The translations under genes were made by a program, and so were the position numbers. DNA of 62,892 nt, counting the filler, from Phoronis australis (Eukaryota; Animalia; Phoronida): the NCBI GenBank assembly GCA_002633005.1. It is 5 parts of 5 records of this genome, joined end to end, with 100 filler letters (N's around TTAATTAATTAA, not from the genome) between each part and the next. Parts side by side here need not be neighbours in the genome. Positions count along the whole stretch, not along the records: positions 20,101 to 51,640 come from NMRA01000699.1; 4 more parts are not named here. One strand, written 5' to 3'. The notes under the pieces were generated by a model. It saw only the letters and a program-made list of their open reading frames with translations. It was not told the origin of the DNA and did no database searches. Positions 25,681 to 40,364 of the stretch are shown here, piece by piece (position 1 is the stretch's first letter; each line of letters begins with the position of its first letter).

Positions 25681-27567
25681 AACTAGAAGGATTATTGTCA
25701 CGACGTGAATGGACTCTGCGCGTGCACATTACTGGAATTGTTTTGGAAAGTTACTGACAGCAACTCGTTTACCAATATTCTTTTAAAGTGTAGGAGAAAT
25801 TACATGTTACTATTTTAATGACCTTCCCACTAATTTACCTCTTCCAGTGCATTATGAACCCCGATTGGGGAATAATTGTAAACACGATTTAAAGTGTGGT
25901 TAACGCTAAGAATCACAGATGTTTTACTTTAAGGACTTCAGAATACAAGATGAAAGAATTGGTCAAACTTTCAGAAAAAAATGCACCTAATGACCCTAAT
26001 GACTAATACCTGTGTACCAAATTTGAAAAGAATAGCTTTTAAAACAAAGATAGAGTGGCATTTTGAAAATTATATGACCTTTGCACCAAACGACCTTTTC
26101 CTGTGTAATATGGACAATGATTATATAACGAATCAAAATTTATATACTGTCAAACATCATATGCTGAATTTAAAGACCGTACCTGCACCCAATTTGGAGT
26201 TATTAAGCCTCAAAGTTGGTCGGAAGAAGAATAAGAAGAACTAGAAAGATAATTGTCACGGCGTGACAATAACGGACTCTGCGCGTGCGTATTACTGGAA
26301 TTATTATGGGAAGTTACTGACAGCAACCCCTTTACCAATATGAAAAGGAATTCTTTAAAATTGTAGGAGAAATTACATATTTATTTTTTGATGACCTTTC
26401 CACTAATTGACCTCTTCTGGTGCATTATGAGCCCCGATGAGGGAGTAATTGTTAACTCGATTAAAAGTGTGGTTAATGCTAATAATCACAGATGTTTTAT
26501 TTTAAGCACTTCAGAATAAAAGATGAATCAAGTGGTCAAATTTTCAGAAGAAAAATGCTCCTAATGACCCCATGGGTGCACCAAATGACCTGGAAATTTA
26601 GAATTCATACTCAATCGCACTTAGTAAACAGATACCTAATTCTGAAGTCTCTAGCTCAAAATTTTAGTTTGCACTCAATGACCTTTGACCTATTTTTCTT
26701 ATTGGTTAGGCCTATTCCGAAGTAAAGTAGGGTATTTAATTGGAAAGTTGACTTACACCAGCGTGCTCAAATTGAAAAGAATTCCTTGAAAACGTAAGAG
26801 ATATAACATTTTGAACGTTACATGACCTTTGCACTAATTGTGCTTATCCGGTGCAATTTAAGTATCTTTAGGAGAATTATTGCAAAGCCCATGAAAAACG
26901 TGTTTAACGCTGTGAATCACAGTTGTCTAACGGTTGACACATCAGAATACTTGCTGATTGAAAAGGTCAAATTTTCAGAAGAAAAATGCACCTAATGACC
27001 ACATGTTTGCACTAAATGACCTGAAACTTTGGATTCCGATTTGATTTACCTGTGGCAATCAGACCAGTCAATTTGAAGTGTCTAGCTTATAATTTTTGTT
27101 TGCACCTAATGACCTTTGACCTATTTCACCTGATTGGATGACCTGATTACTTAGAAAAGTAATTTTTTGAATTGTCATGTTGACTTATACCTGTGCACGG
27201 AATTAAAAAAAAGATAGCTTTATAACTGAAGGAGTAGTAGCATTTTGAAAATTATATGACCTTTGCACCAAACGACCTCTTCCGGTGCAATATGGTATAT
27301 GATTATATACCCAATCAAAATTTATATACTGTCAAAAGTCATATGCTGAATTTAAAGACCGTACCTGCACCCAATTTGGAGTTATTAAGCCTCAAAGTTG
27401 GTCGGAAGAAGAATAAGAATAATAAGAAGAAGAATAAAGTTGAAGAAAACCCAGTAACAACAGTACTTACACGCGCAGAGTAATAAGAATAAGAAGAATA
27501 AGAAGATTATTATTGAAGAAAACCCAGAAACAACAGTACTCTGCGCTTACACGCGCAGAGTAATAAC
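25681..27567 (-). mobile_element. HINE-like family 2, outer copy
   Basis: Left end aactaga, hairpin ttgtcacgacgtga and ctctgcgcgtg. Right end has an (AAG/AAT)n microsatellite and inverted repeat actctgcgc-ttacac-gcgcagagt. Confidence 0.65.
26239..27485 (-). mobile_element. HINE-like family 2, inner copy nested in the AAG microsatellite of the outer copy
   Basis: Starts aactagaaag with the perfect hairpin attgtcacg-g-cgtgacaat. Internal ~430-bp repeats. Ends ttacacgcgcagagtaata, after which the outer copy's microsatellite and terminus resume. Confidence 0.65.
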
Positions 27568-30500
27568 AACTGAAATCACTGAGGCAACCCAACAGATTGC
27601 ACACTGTTCGAGTGAAGATGAAATCTGGAGTATTCCTGGACGTCGCTGATTGTCAACTTCACTTTCTCCCTAATTTGACCAATTCCCAGCGCGGTTTAAG
27701 GCAGCCAAGGGTGAAAAGAAATACCATGCTGTGGTGTCCGCCAGCCTTCCTCCCTAAACTGCGTATCCTTCTTCATCGCCTGTGCAATTCTTGCGGGGTC
27801 TGATTTATTGTTCTACTTTTTGGAAAACGACAGTTAGTTTGTAGAACCTCGCAGAGCCCAGCCACTACAAAGTTGTGACTGCCCCTGAGTGATCCATTGA
27901 TTTTAGCTGAGATAGTTCATTTGACCCATGGCCCGTATCATGTAAAACGACCCTAAGGACAGAACGTCCACCCCGAAAAACAATGTGGGTAATTGATTTA
28001 TTTTTGCCAGTTTGAACGGATTACTTTGGACTTAGCATATTGTGATCCTAAATGTCGACATACTGGGACCCGTAAAACATAGCGACACGCAATGAATTAC
28101 ACAACTCACTGACTGTCAAGGGAAAAGAAATTGCGACATGCAGGTTGTCAGTTGAAATTGAAATTTAGATGGCTATGAGTACAGCATTCGTCACTGTATG
28201 CATATGGAAAGCGCTTCCTGTAATGAACCAAAAAGAAGACGTGTGAAAATAATAATGGTTTTTCAAAAGTGAATGTCAATGACATATTGCATTTTCGGCT
28301 TGAAAGACGTGGGCACTAGATGCACATATTCTCGGACTAAACTTATAACTAAAAAAGACACTACTAGTAAGTGTACTGAAAAGCTCTAGGCTAGCCTTAA
28401 TTCCAACAACGGCGACAGGACAGGTATACAATTTGACTCAAGCCTTTTCATCAGTTCTTTTACAGCGATGCAGGAATACTGAATTTCACCAGTGGAAACG
28501 ATAAAAAGCTCTGCCTCGCTACAGTTCCGAAAAGTATTACATTGTCCTAATACGTGCATGGTGACTCAGTTTGTGAATTTCCTGAAATATTACAAGAACC
28601 AGTTACATGTACAGCACTTCTACTGAAGGGTATTAGAATAATAACCATTGTTTCTAGTGATACTAATTGGTTCTCAAATCAGGTATCTATAAACTGACTG
28701 GCTATTACTGTCAAATGCTATCATCATGTGATAAATTCAAATTCAACTAACTACAAAGTAGTAGGCTACCCACCAGATCCAACGGGACAGATTACATGCA
28801 TTGTGTTAAAGTGGCAGTAAGTCGTCTTCATTTCAACTAGCATTCCCACTTCATACTTGGCACGCGAGCTACTGCGTATGAAATGGGTGTTTGCACAGTC
28901 TACATGGTTTCCATAGAATTCCAAGATGAGCCCGTTGTCTTGCCCTTGTCATTTTGCCATTTGCGAATTGTCCGACTCTCTTCAAAATCCGATGTCATTC
29001 AGATTGTAGGTGCGATAACTTCGTACTTATTTTATGGCCCACCAAGATTTCACACATGTGTACAGGATATTTTGTTGTCGTCCCACACACTTCATCATAA
29101 TATTTATAACTGCAAGTCATGATCGTTGGCCATTTTGCCACCAATAAAGTGACACTGTTTCTGGATACTGGGTTCATGAAAAACGTGGAATTTAACTGAA
29201 AATGGAAAAATAACTTCAAAAAGCGCCTTAATTAATGACGCTTAACTATACATTAATAAAACAAATTTTGAATAAAAACTATGCACTTAACTGGTGTTAT
29301 AGTGTTCCAAACAGGTATCGGTATGGAAGGTAATTTGCACTGAGGCGGTTGTCACTATCTTACAAATTCTATAAGAAAATGCTCTCCATCAGAAGATTGT
29401 ATTGTACTAATCAACTTAAGCAAAATAGAAACGTGTAAATGTTTGGTGTTGATCAGTGCTGTGCCAGCTGAGATATACGGAGTCAAAATGTGGGAAAATT
29501 GCAATAGCTTGTTAACCTCTGACCCCTCTATACTTTAAGCCTGAAATTGTTAACTTAGCGTCAAAGTTAATGTATAATGTTTAACATCTTGATGAAGCCA
29601 AAAACTTGATTTATTTAAAAATTACAAACAAATACATGTAATTATCTTGTGCACCGCTGCTTTCCATTATGCATTGCAAATAAGTCATTTTCAGTGCGTG
29701 CAAAGCGTGGTTTACCCCAAAAATAGAAAGTGCCTGATTTCTCACCCTGAAACAAACTGAAATGAGATTGGACTTTACTGTTTTGTTTATCATCCCAACG
29801 GAAATTAAAACGCATAGTGTGGTTCAAATCCGTGACATTGGGTTTATCACCCCTCTGGGCATTTTTGCCTGCTGGGAACCGTACTTCACTCTTAAATACA
29901 GTTGTACTACTGTAACTTTAAGACTGTATTGTTTTGAACCATGTCCTAGTTACCGTTACATAATAGTGTTATTCGGTTACGTTGCTCCAACCATAGACTA
30001 CAAGTGGAATTGGTTAGTCAGGAGGAAGTGGAATATCAAAATAGATTATGTTTGATTTGCAATGATGATCTTGTAGAGGAAGAATACCGCTTCTTGTTGA
30101 CTTGCAAGTGATATTGTGAACTTAGGTCACGTTTTATGAAAAAGTTCCATCGAAGCTCCCATCTCACGAATCCTGTATAAGCCTGCTAGCTAATGCAGTT
30201 ACTAAATACTTGTATTTTGCCCTTAAAAGAAGAGAACTAAATGGGTTGACTGCGGGTGCAAATGTGCCAGATTAATTTTTGATTATTTTAATTTTGCCAG
30301 ATGACTTTAATACATGTACAAATAAGTTGATGATATAATTATATTTTTGTAATCCCTCCCTGGTTGGTTTTTCTTCCAAAATATAGAGTTTTATTACATG
30401 CAGTTGAAAAATCCTACTTTTTATATACGAATTAGAATGAAAGCCAATAAATATGGTTTGAGATAACTTCAAGTATGTAAGTAGCGACACCAGTGCTACT

Positions 30501-31607
30501 ACATGTATGTATATTTAACCGAACAAATGAACTTAGTGACGATTACCAATAAATTCGGCGTTCGAGAAAATAAAAATAATTCGACATCAAAATGCAACGT
30601 ACATAACAGTAGGAGTGCTCCGATGGTCCCACCTATCACTAAAGATACGTCTATGTCGTCCGGACAAAAGGGTGTGAAATTGGAAAGATGGGTGTGGCTG
30701 ACCTGGTGCCGTTCTGGGGATATGGTCCGGCCAGTCTTGTTGAAAACTCTGGGGTGTTATTACATATAGTTTGAGGAAGTCAGACTTTCTGTCTCCAAGA
30801 CACTGTGCCTTTTTCACGGGGGTCCCCAAAAGGACAGTTTTGGGGAAACTGTTTGTAATGAATGGTAAAATGGGAAGCGGTAGGCCTACTAGCAACGCTG
30901 TTTCTAAAAATGTCTCCAGATGGTTGGCTGAGCGTGTGAGTGTCACGGGTCATCGGCTGCGTAATTGCAAAGGAAAGCCGTCACTCTGGTGGAAATATCC
31001 ATTTATTCATGAACATGTAAGTGAAATGCAGAACGGTACACTGTACATGAGTACACGTGAAATATTATCTCTACTTTGAATCTTCAATGTTGATTTCTTT
31101 ACGCTTTAAATCCATAGAGGCCGGCAAACTGAAAGAAGCAAGAAACAATGACCAGAGCAGGTTTTAAGCGACAACCGAAATTTGGTTTTTAGAAATACAA
31201 GACATGTTATATCAAATAAGTCTTTGAAATTAAAATAAATGTGTAAGTTGCAGTTACAAAACGAAATGTTTTAAGCATTTCTCTAGGCAGCATTTTTTCT
31301 AAACAGGTTTTCGAAACTTCTAAGCCAACGTACTCCACCTTAAATGTATCCGTTTGCTTTACAAGAAAAACAACACGACTTGCGGGTTGATTCGTAGTCG
31401 CAGTTGAGTGGGGAATCCTCTATCATGAAGTTTGCGCAGTTTACGATGTCTCCGAAAACCGTTGAAAATGTTGCGTCTGGGTCGTCCTGGCAATCTGAAA
31501 GATGGCATTTAAGAAAAAGACGCTTTACATGAATGTATCTCTCTTTTCTGGTAAAATGTACTTAAACATGGTAATGTGACCCGCACAACAGAGGATGAGG
31601 AGGCATT

Positions 31608-34308
31608 GGTATGCAGAAAAATGTATGTAACAACTTCGGAAAATGCAGCAACTGTTACATTCCACGTCATTATTACATTCTACATTGTTAGGCGTCTCTT
31701 AAAATGTGACATGATGTTATATTTTATGTTGTTGTTACAATTTACGGCGAATGCACATGCGAAAAATGTACCATTGTTACACTTTACGAAAGGACGTCAT
31801 ATTAATTCTCATAAGTTTGCATTGTATTAGTCACACGGACTTAACGTCGGATTGTTTGAATGAAATTCTATAATATGTGCCCCTTCGAGTTGATAGATGT
31901 GTGCCAATGTGCTTTCCATTGTTTTTTTAACATGAATAGTTTCTTGGTATAGTCAAACAAGTAATTTACCCCGTAAATATTCAACTCCAGACCAAAGGAG
32001 TTTCCAGGACCAGGTAACGATTATTTTTATGTTAAAGCGTTCTTGCAATCTTTTGTTGGCACTCACAGGTTATATCCAGATGTGTAACCAGCATTACACT
32101 AGATTAAGATAATAATATCGTATTTGGCTAATATTTTTGTATTTCTTCGGGAATAAACGACAACAACAAAAAATTCATAGAGAATTGAAATTCGGAAGCC
32201 AATTTGATAGAAAGAACACCCATGTTAGTCTACGATAGTTTGATTTATTTCAACCAGTAATTTATTGCCTTGAAATCATCGCTAAAGCAGTATTTGCCCT
32301 GCTCCACACAAAAGGAGCAAGACCCAAGTGTCTGATGCAGACGGGTTCTGTCTACCACCTTAGTTACGAATGACAATTTCTAAAGAACACTGTGGTGTAA
32401 GGATTTAAACGCACGCAATTATTTGCGGGCAGGTTGACAGATTTTGCTAATGCAACAGCAAAAGATCACCTGAACAACTAAAAAGCTGAAAGAAATATCA
32501 TTGTTCCTATAATATGAAACGTGTCTGAAATAGTGGTGGTAACAACAGGTCAAACTGTGACGCGTTTAAATAAAAATGGGGGTCCTAGCTGGGTATTGCC
32601 ACTCTGAAGAGGCATGATCATTTTGCTCAAACAGGGTCAAGGTCGTTAGTTTAAAGGGGCAATAGTCCAAAAAAGCTGACTGTCGGTCTTTTTGACAACA
32701 CAAACATACACTTTATCTTTCTAGTATCTTTTTTAATTAAAATTTTAATTAAAATCGGTATTTGGTCAATGTTCGTTAGCTCGAAGCATATCAAAATAAT
32801 GACAGAGATCGGAATTCTATAATATTAATGGACGTGAAGCCACGCGTCTCATGAGGCGCCATTATTTGTTCTGCAGCTCGCTGTCAACAACAACACGCGT
32901 GGTTGTAGGCAGATCAGGGAATTTGGATTTTAAACATCGCTGACTTCTGCGTTGGTGGTTTTATTTGTTCCATACAGTCCATTTTCAATGAAACCTTGTT
33001 CATCACTCAGATAAATCAATGTGTTTTTCTGTGCGATACGCTCCACATAAAGCTGTTGCGTGTTTTGTATGTCCGTTACCAGCTGTTCTAATGGCTAGTC
33101 GCTAGTTCTCGAAAAATGTCTGCCTCCAGAGTTCAACTTAACGCAATATTTCAAATCAACGTGGAATGAGCCCCTGTTGTTTGAAAAGTAATGTTTTCAA
33201 CAAGAGACAAAAGTTATTGCACGATGGGTATCCTCACGTTTAGATGTACATGTAAGCTGCAAGTAATAGACTGCGGTCTGAAGTCAGTTCTTCGTGGAAA
33301 ACTACTAGAAGGATAGTGTTATATTTATAAACAATATTGCCGATAGCTCAGAAATAATCAACTTTTGAAGTTGGCGCACGTCTAAACAAGATTTTAAATA
33401 TCAACCTCCTCGTTTCCAAAACTTAGGCCTACTCTGCTCCACAGGTGTCAAGAATTTTCTCACAATATCGGTAAGGCTGAACATAGGAAACCCTTTTTAA
33501 ATCCTTTTGAAACAGCACTCGCTGTCCACTATTGGAATCCCGTTCAAAACATTGAACAATAAATGATATGGTTTTAAAATCTCTTTGGATCATGATGCAT
33601 TTGCGTTTTGCTAAACATGTATTGTGTATATTGCCTCCTCGTTAAATAAATTAACTAACATTAATAATAATTACAATATTATTAATAATGAGTAATAGTA
33701 GTGATTGTGATAGTGGCAGTATTAGCAGTAATAGTAGTAAAGGTAGTAATAGCAGTAGTGGAAGTAATAGTAATGTAATACTAATAACAATGATAAAGGG
33801 TAGCCAAATGTATTCCGTGTCAGCCTGGAGGACATTCCTATATAAGAGATATGCGAAACGTGCCACCCAAAAGTGTATTTTTTCACAGCAAAAAATCTCA
33901 AAATGACAAAACACTATCTAAAAGGGTGCCTTTTTGGAATAACTGTGTGAAATATTGAATTCTTACACAAAATTATTCTTTGAATGGGTTATTTTTGTCG
34001 AAGCCCACTCTCTGAACGCGTAGGTATCCAATTTTTTGGGCGTCACCACTTGTCCAAAAATACTCTAGTCCCCCGGTCGTGTCAGCTGCCACTTGTTTAG
34101 TCATTTTCTTTTGTAATATGACGTTGGTTTCGTAAAATGTAACAATGGTACATTTCTCGCATGTGCATTCAACGTAAAATGTAACAACTAAGTAAAATGT
34201 AACAACTTGATACATTTTAGGAGAGGTTTAGCAACGTTAACTGTAACAATGACGTAAAATGTAACAGTTGTTACATTTTACGAAATTGTTACATTTTACG
34301 GCGTTTCA
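31608..34308. mobile_element. Fold-back-like element with ~195-bp inverted arms (31608-31803 and 34115-34308) made of AAAATGTAAC subrepeats
   Basis: gaatgcacatgcgaaaaatgtaccattgttacactttacgaaa at left is the reverse complement of tttcgtaaaatgtaacaatggtacatttctcgcatgtgcattc at right. Similarity runs across the whole arm. Confidence 0.65.
33660..33792. repeat. Degenerate (AAT/AGT)n low-complexity tract
   Basis: Directly visible; explains the spurious poly-L and poly-S ORFs. Confidence 0.85.
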
Positions 34309-37300
34309 AGGGAGGGTTTTGGCTGCCCCACACACCCAACTGGAGACGAATCTCTAAACTGTACCTCACGTCCTCATCAATAGTGAAAAAAGTTACCAAC
34401 TCAAAAGCATTATTCATGATAACATAATAAAGCTGCAAATTTTCAATAGATTAATTCACATCTGGAAGAACCCCGGCTCACAAGAATAGTACATAAGACA
34501 CCAAACTTGATAGTTTGCTCCACACAAGCACACATCCAGGTTGCTCGCTTTGTGTGTTTAGAACTCAAAAAATCAGAAGTCTAAATAACACAATTCTAAG
34601 TACCCTTGTCTGTATTTCACGGAAAAGTGCTTCAAATTTATCTCCGAACAGACCCCAAACTCCTGCTACAGACCTCGGTAAATTGGCCTGCCGAACTTTG
34701 TAGGCTACGGTGTGTCCAAATACGAATGAATCCATCACAGAGAAATAAAACAACACGTTTTTATAAGAACACGGTTTATTGTTAAGGGTTTTACATCGAA
34801 GTTTGTTGATTTATTGGTGTTAAACGATGAATTTAAGCGATAAGCTGACACCAGTAATCCATGTTGTGAACTGCTGAACAGACTGCGTGTGAAACCAATG
34901 ACATCACTCGATAATTTCAACACCTCCGTCTGCCCTCAGTTGTCAGGTAACGCAACCGAACGTGCCGTTATCGAGTAGAACTACTCAATCAAAACTGATC
35001 CAAAGTAGGTTTTTTTTTGGGTGGCATTCTCCTTTAAATCGAAATGATTTCTTTTTCACGGCCTCATTTTAATTCACGCGGTTCGCATATTGGCGTATCC
35101 GATTAAGTTTCGAGTATGTTTTCACAAAGACGGTTATGGGACTGACGACGCAGCAGCACTGTATATCACGGCTGGGATACTTGTCACTGTGTCAATTCTA
35201 TTTTAACCTCACTTGGTGATATGAAATTTCTCCAAGTTCGTAAGTAGCGCGAACCTTGCTGCATTTTGTTGAAATCGGCCGCAAGATGGCGATGAGGCCG
35301 CCATTTTTCACCTTTTTATTTGTGAAGGCATAGTTCGACTTTATCAGGGAAGACTTCTCTGATTTGTTCCTTTGGATATCATACTGTATATATATTTCAT
35401 GGAGAATATGAAATGCGTCATTTGCATTTCTCTGCGACTTACCATTCTCGAGTTATTCGATATCTACTAATGACTGTCCAATTAATCGAGTTTTTGTGCG
35501 TCTCTTGTCACATTTGTCTGTAATTTGGTACATGCATGTGGATAGATTATTTTCAAACGCTATCGATATAAAGTAACTCGTTTCTCGGTTGCTGAAGTTA
35601 TTTTGAAACTAAGATTTAACTTAATTGATACAATCCACAACTACCTTCTTAGTTTGAAACTCCTGCCTCCAATATTTGCAAGAGATTGTGTTGCTATCTT
35701 TTATGCGGTGTGTCAAAGCACGTAACTGACAAAATCAGTTTTGGGTGGAATGGATACCAAATTTCATGAAATTTCACCACAGAAACCTAAATGTAGAAGG
35801 TGCCACCAGGGGTCAACTGTAGTCAAAACACTTAAAGGTTGCGTTGATCGATTTCATAACTATGGATACGTACGCTTATCTGCAAAATTAAATGAAACTA
35901 CTTCATGGGGTTTACGAGACGCAGCTCCAAGCTATCCGTAGTCAAGAACCGTGAACTGCGTGGCCGTATAATTTTTCTTTTCATCTACTCTTGCTTGGAA
36001 ACAAACAAAAGTCAAATATTATATTTTATATTTCATTAGTTAGACAGCAGGATTATTCAATGACTTCTAAAATCTCCAGTATCCCACAAACTGGACCTCA
36101 GAGTACCACAAAATGGCCACAAACCACATACGGGAAATTTTTTTAAAAATTGCATTCCAATTAAAATTAACGGACTACTTTTGAAAATGCACAGACTATC
36201 TTCTGATAGATATGTTCAATGCCTACATGAACATCATTAAGGATTTTCCCACCATAATACTACTTTACGCACTAAGGCTCTTAAAGCAATAAAAGAGTTA
36301 TTTTGATCCAAAATGTTCATGATGCACCAACTTCAAAATTTTGATCCGACTGGGTGACCCCATACTCGAATTCTTGTTACTGTTGTGCAATGACGATGAA
36401 ATTTGGACTACTGCCAGGCCAATATCCATACAGTGTCACTCACAGCAAGAACATATAAAGATATAACCAAACCGCGTATTACGTGTTTCATGATGGTTAT
36501 AACACCCATGTTGCACAAGTAAAGTTACGACCAATCTGCACTTGCTACTGTATAATTACACAGTCTGTTCTTGTATATGCACCTCGTCTCTTTAACAATG
36601 TCAGCTGGGTCATGTGGTGATCTCGTCCACTGACAGCTAATCCTTACACCGTGTTTTTTCTTCCTAGAGTTCTAAATTAAACACATGAACTCATGATCGA
36701 TTTTTGTGGGACACGACTAAAAACAATAAGTAAGAAAATGCCACAGAATTGATAATTTTAAGTATTGTGGTACCATTTTTCCGTAAAATTTCACGGTTGG
36801 AACACCATGTGTCATCCTTGTGACGCTTGTGCAACCGTAAACAACTGCGGTTATGTTCGATTTCATCTTGGCAATCAGTACTTTCTTTAAGTTCGATTGT
36901 TTATTGTATTCAAAGACTCAGGTGATGGAAGTGGATTACTAATACCAGAAATAGTAAAACTAAAAACACTGTTCTGAAGCGGATCATTCCGAGCAAAATG
37001 CCTCTAAGGGAAACATATGTAAAAGGAGAATTTATTGTTCGCTACAAATTGGGCGCGGGCGCAGCATAACTGTTCAGCGCCACCGAATGACTGAGTCCCG
37101 AGCGGGAGTTGGCAGTCCACAAGTTCTACAGTGGGACATGACGTGTTCATATAAAAACAGCCCGTTTTGCTCATGGACTGGACGCAAAACTGCGACAGGT
37201 TTTTTTGAGCCAGCAAGCAAATACGCCATTAACCCTTAGATTATTGTTGACGTTTGATTAAAGCTAAAGGGGATGTAGCTAGGCTTCCTCTCGGGATCTA

Positions 37301-40209
37301 CTCACCTGGAGATGGCTGAGGTGGATCAGGGTTGCTGCACGAATAACAACAATCTGCTAAGACATAATCTTTTGTGCACATCTTTTTCGCGGCCATTTGT
37401 GCACAGGTGACTTTCGTTCCGTCAGCCTCCTCAAAGACGTGCTTATTCACGCACGGACCTTTTTATGGATAAACGAAAAATATTAATATGACATGACACT
37501 CACTGAGATGATCATGCTCGTTATAGTTCATATTTGTCTCCTGCAGTCAAATTAAGGTGTTCAGTACTCTACTTCACTAAACTTTTAGTAAAGGGTATGG
37601 AAACCGTTAATTCTGTCAAACGACAATTAAGTGTCCATGGTGATCACTTACATGTACTGTTGTAAAATTGGTCTCACATTGAACATGGACGACATGATAA
37701 TGCATTGGTTGGCTAGCGAACAACCACAAATTTCATGAACTGACAATGCTGACATTTCTGACCAATATACGAATTTCAGGTCACTGTTTGAGCTAACGTT
37801 TTATGAACTGAAGGAATAACAAACGTCTTGGCACGAAATTTTAATGTCGAACAGTTTACCGTTTGGTTCTACAAAGTAGCATACGAATACGCCAATCTCC
37901 CACATGGCAGTGTTAATCCGTACTTACCTCTTTTCACCACATTGGCAACGTGACCCGAGACCGCTAACGGGGCGGCACCGACTAACAAGCACAGCAGTAC
38001 ATGTAGTATCTTCATCGGAGGTGGTTCGATTAAGTGCGAGCACACTCACTAGCTCCCAAAGTATAGTTCGTGAGAAACTGTTTATATACTCTTTGAAGGT
38101 GGTTTTGTCAAGCAAGATTCCGGCAAAGGGCAGCTCTGACATGTCAATCAAGCTGACAAGTCAAGCCAATCACTGTGCAGGAACTAGTACGAGAAACGAC
38201 AGGCCACCTTCTTTGTTCCACACATACAGTTTTGGGTACAGAATGAATAGAAAGCGTGAATATTAATTAAACATCATGTTGATGTGCTTCGTACTTGTGT
38301 TATTTGCTTAGTGCAGGCAACAGTGTTTAAAGTTACCTGTTAAAACAACCTAGGTATTGTATGAGGAATCGTTGTTCATAGTTCGTGACAATGGTCATCA
38401 GGTAAAATTTTCACTCACTACAAACTGTTACTATAACCCAGAGATTATTGTTGTAAACAACAAGGTCGCATTGCACTTGAAATTTTATGTCATTGTTAAT
38501 CAAATTCATAGTATACATGTACTTATGGAACACTAGAGGGAAATTGCGAAGTTAATTTAATCAGAAAATCTTTTCTCCAACCTCCTGCACGTCAGGGTCT
38601 ACTGACTACTATAACTAGAAGATGTGAATCAAATTGAGACAAACGTCAGGTTAGATTTTGAAATAACTGTCCTCTACTCACACCATGTCTCCCTTGCTAA
38701 GTGGAATTGTGACGTTTCCTCTCAAAATTCACACACAAAGATTCTACGTCAAGTTTTCTCCCATACTTATGAGCGCACCTAGCCTTACGTATAGAGGGGC
38801 TCGGATTTTTCAGTGTGCGGACTTTTTAGTGAAAGTAACCAATGACGACTAAAAAACGGGGCCACTAAGTTCAGGTTAACGAACTGTGCATCCGCACCGA
38901 CTTCAGGTGGGATTTTGTGGACATTCGTCTCGTTTACGCTGACTTTTTTCACTGAGGCAGACTTTTTGTCCAATTCACTCGTTCGAGTCGCCTAAGCTTC
39001 CTATGGTGCACCCATGACACTTTAGTGTAATAAACATTACAAGCGACTCTGAGTTCCTCCAAGGCAACGAAAGTAAACTTGATAACTAGTAACGGACAGA
39101 GGGCGAGAATTGCCAGTTGCGCAACGACTATCTATGTCGCAAAACCTTGATTCCCTCCAGGGAGCGTTATCCTGTTGACCATTTTCTTTACGGGATGTAT
39201 GTGCACCGTCCCCTCTGACCAGTGTGTCATTCCATTAAAATCTGGAAGTACAGACGCCAGGTTGGTAGCCGTCTACGGACAAGGAAAAGACAAAGAAATG
39301 TCTTGTGGTATAATATTTATCATGTGTTATTGCGTGAAAAGAATCAACATTAGTAGCTATACATGTGGAATCGTTACCCACATGATCGTAGATCTTATCA
39401 ACAGCATGGTGCTCGTCACACCTTTGAAAACGCATTTTCATGTTACTGTACATTGACACGTTATGCTTATGCAAGTCATACATGTAAGTCAGACGCACAT
39501 TTCTTGTCACGATAATTCTTTTTCTCGTGACAGCGATTAATAATCAAACTATGACGTTTAAAAAATAGGCATAAACTTACTGCATCATACGACAGAGAGT
39601 GGAGACTGTGCTGGAAAAGAGTACGGCCATTTCGATGCGTGCACCCAGGGTAGGAGTTCTGAGGCCTTGAAGGAGCCTCCCATTTGGCCATTGGTCGAAA
39701 AGGCTGCCTCTGAGAAATAAAAAATCCGAGAAAATGGGACAAAAGTCCACTAAACAAGCACAAAGGCGCAATTCACAGTGGTGTCTCCGTTTTTTTTTTT
39801 TATAGTCCATCCCTTTTTTGTTACCAAAAGGTTCACAAGGTAAGGATTTCGAGCCCCCCATATTGAAGGCTGGGGGTGCGCTTGATTTCTTCATAAGGCA
39901 AAGAAACATAGTCTTTTTTCAGTGAATATATTAATTACCCAGAAATCCCAATATTAATTAAAAGGGATGGGGTTGAGTGGTCCCAGTCTACGTATCCTTT
40001 TAATATACATGTAGAATGCATACTACAGAACTGGGTAATTTTAAAAAAGGAATCACAGTGGTTGGGCGTACAACTGACATGAGAAAGCTTTAGACGAGGG
40101 GTAGAGGGAAGTCTAAAGCAAGGACTTTCGTACCGACACACATTCATTCACGCGATTTAAGTTAACTTTTATTTGCACTTACTTGAATTTATCTACAAAA
40201 AAGTCAACT

Positions 40210-40364
40210 TAACAGACGTTGCGTTTCAGTAGGCTTGTGAAGGTACGGTCAGTATTAATAAAGTTAGAAACTAGAACCAGTCTTCATTGTATCGTGACAC
40301 CGAAATCTATTAGCACCGGTCGGTAACCACCTGCGCCCCACCACACACGGGTAAAAACATGACA
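40210..40364 (+). mobile_element. Truncated LTR fragment (3' end) related to the 44348-47142 element
   Basis: taggcttgtgaaggtacggtc...gaaccagtcttca...ctattagcaccggt...cctgcgcccc...aaaaacatgaca aligns to the last ~150 bp of both LTRs. Confidence 0.8.
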
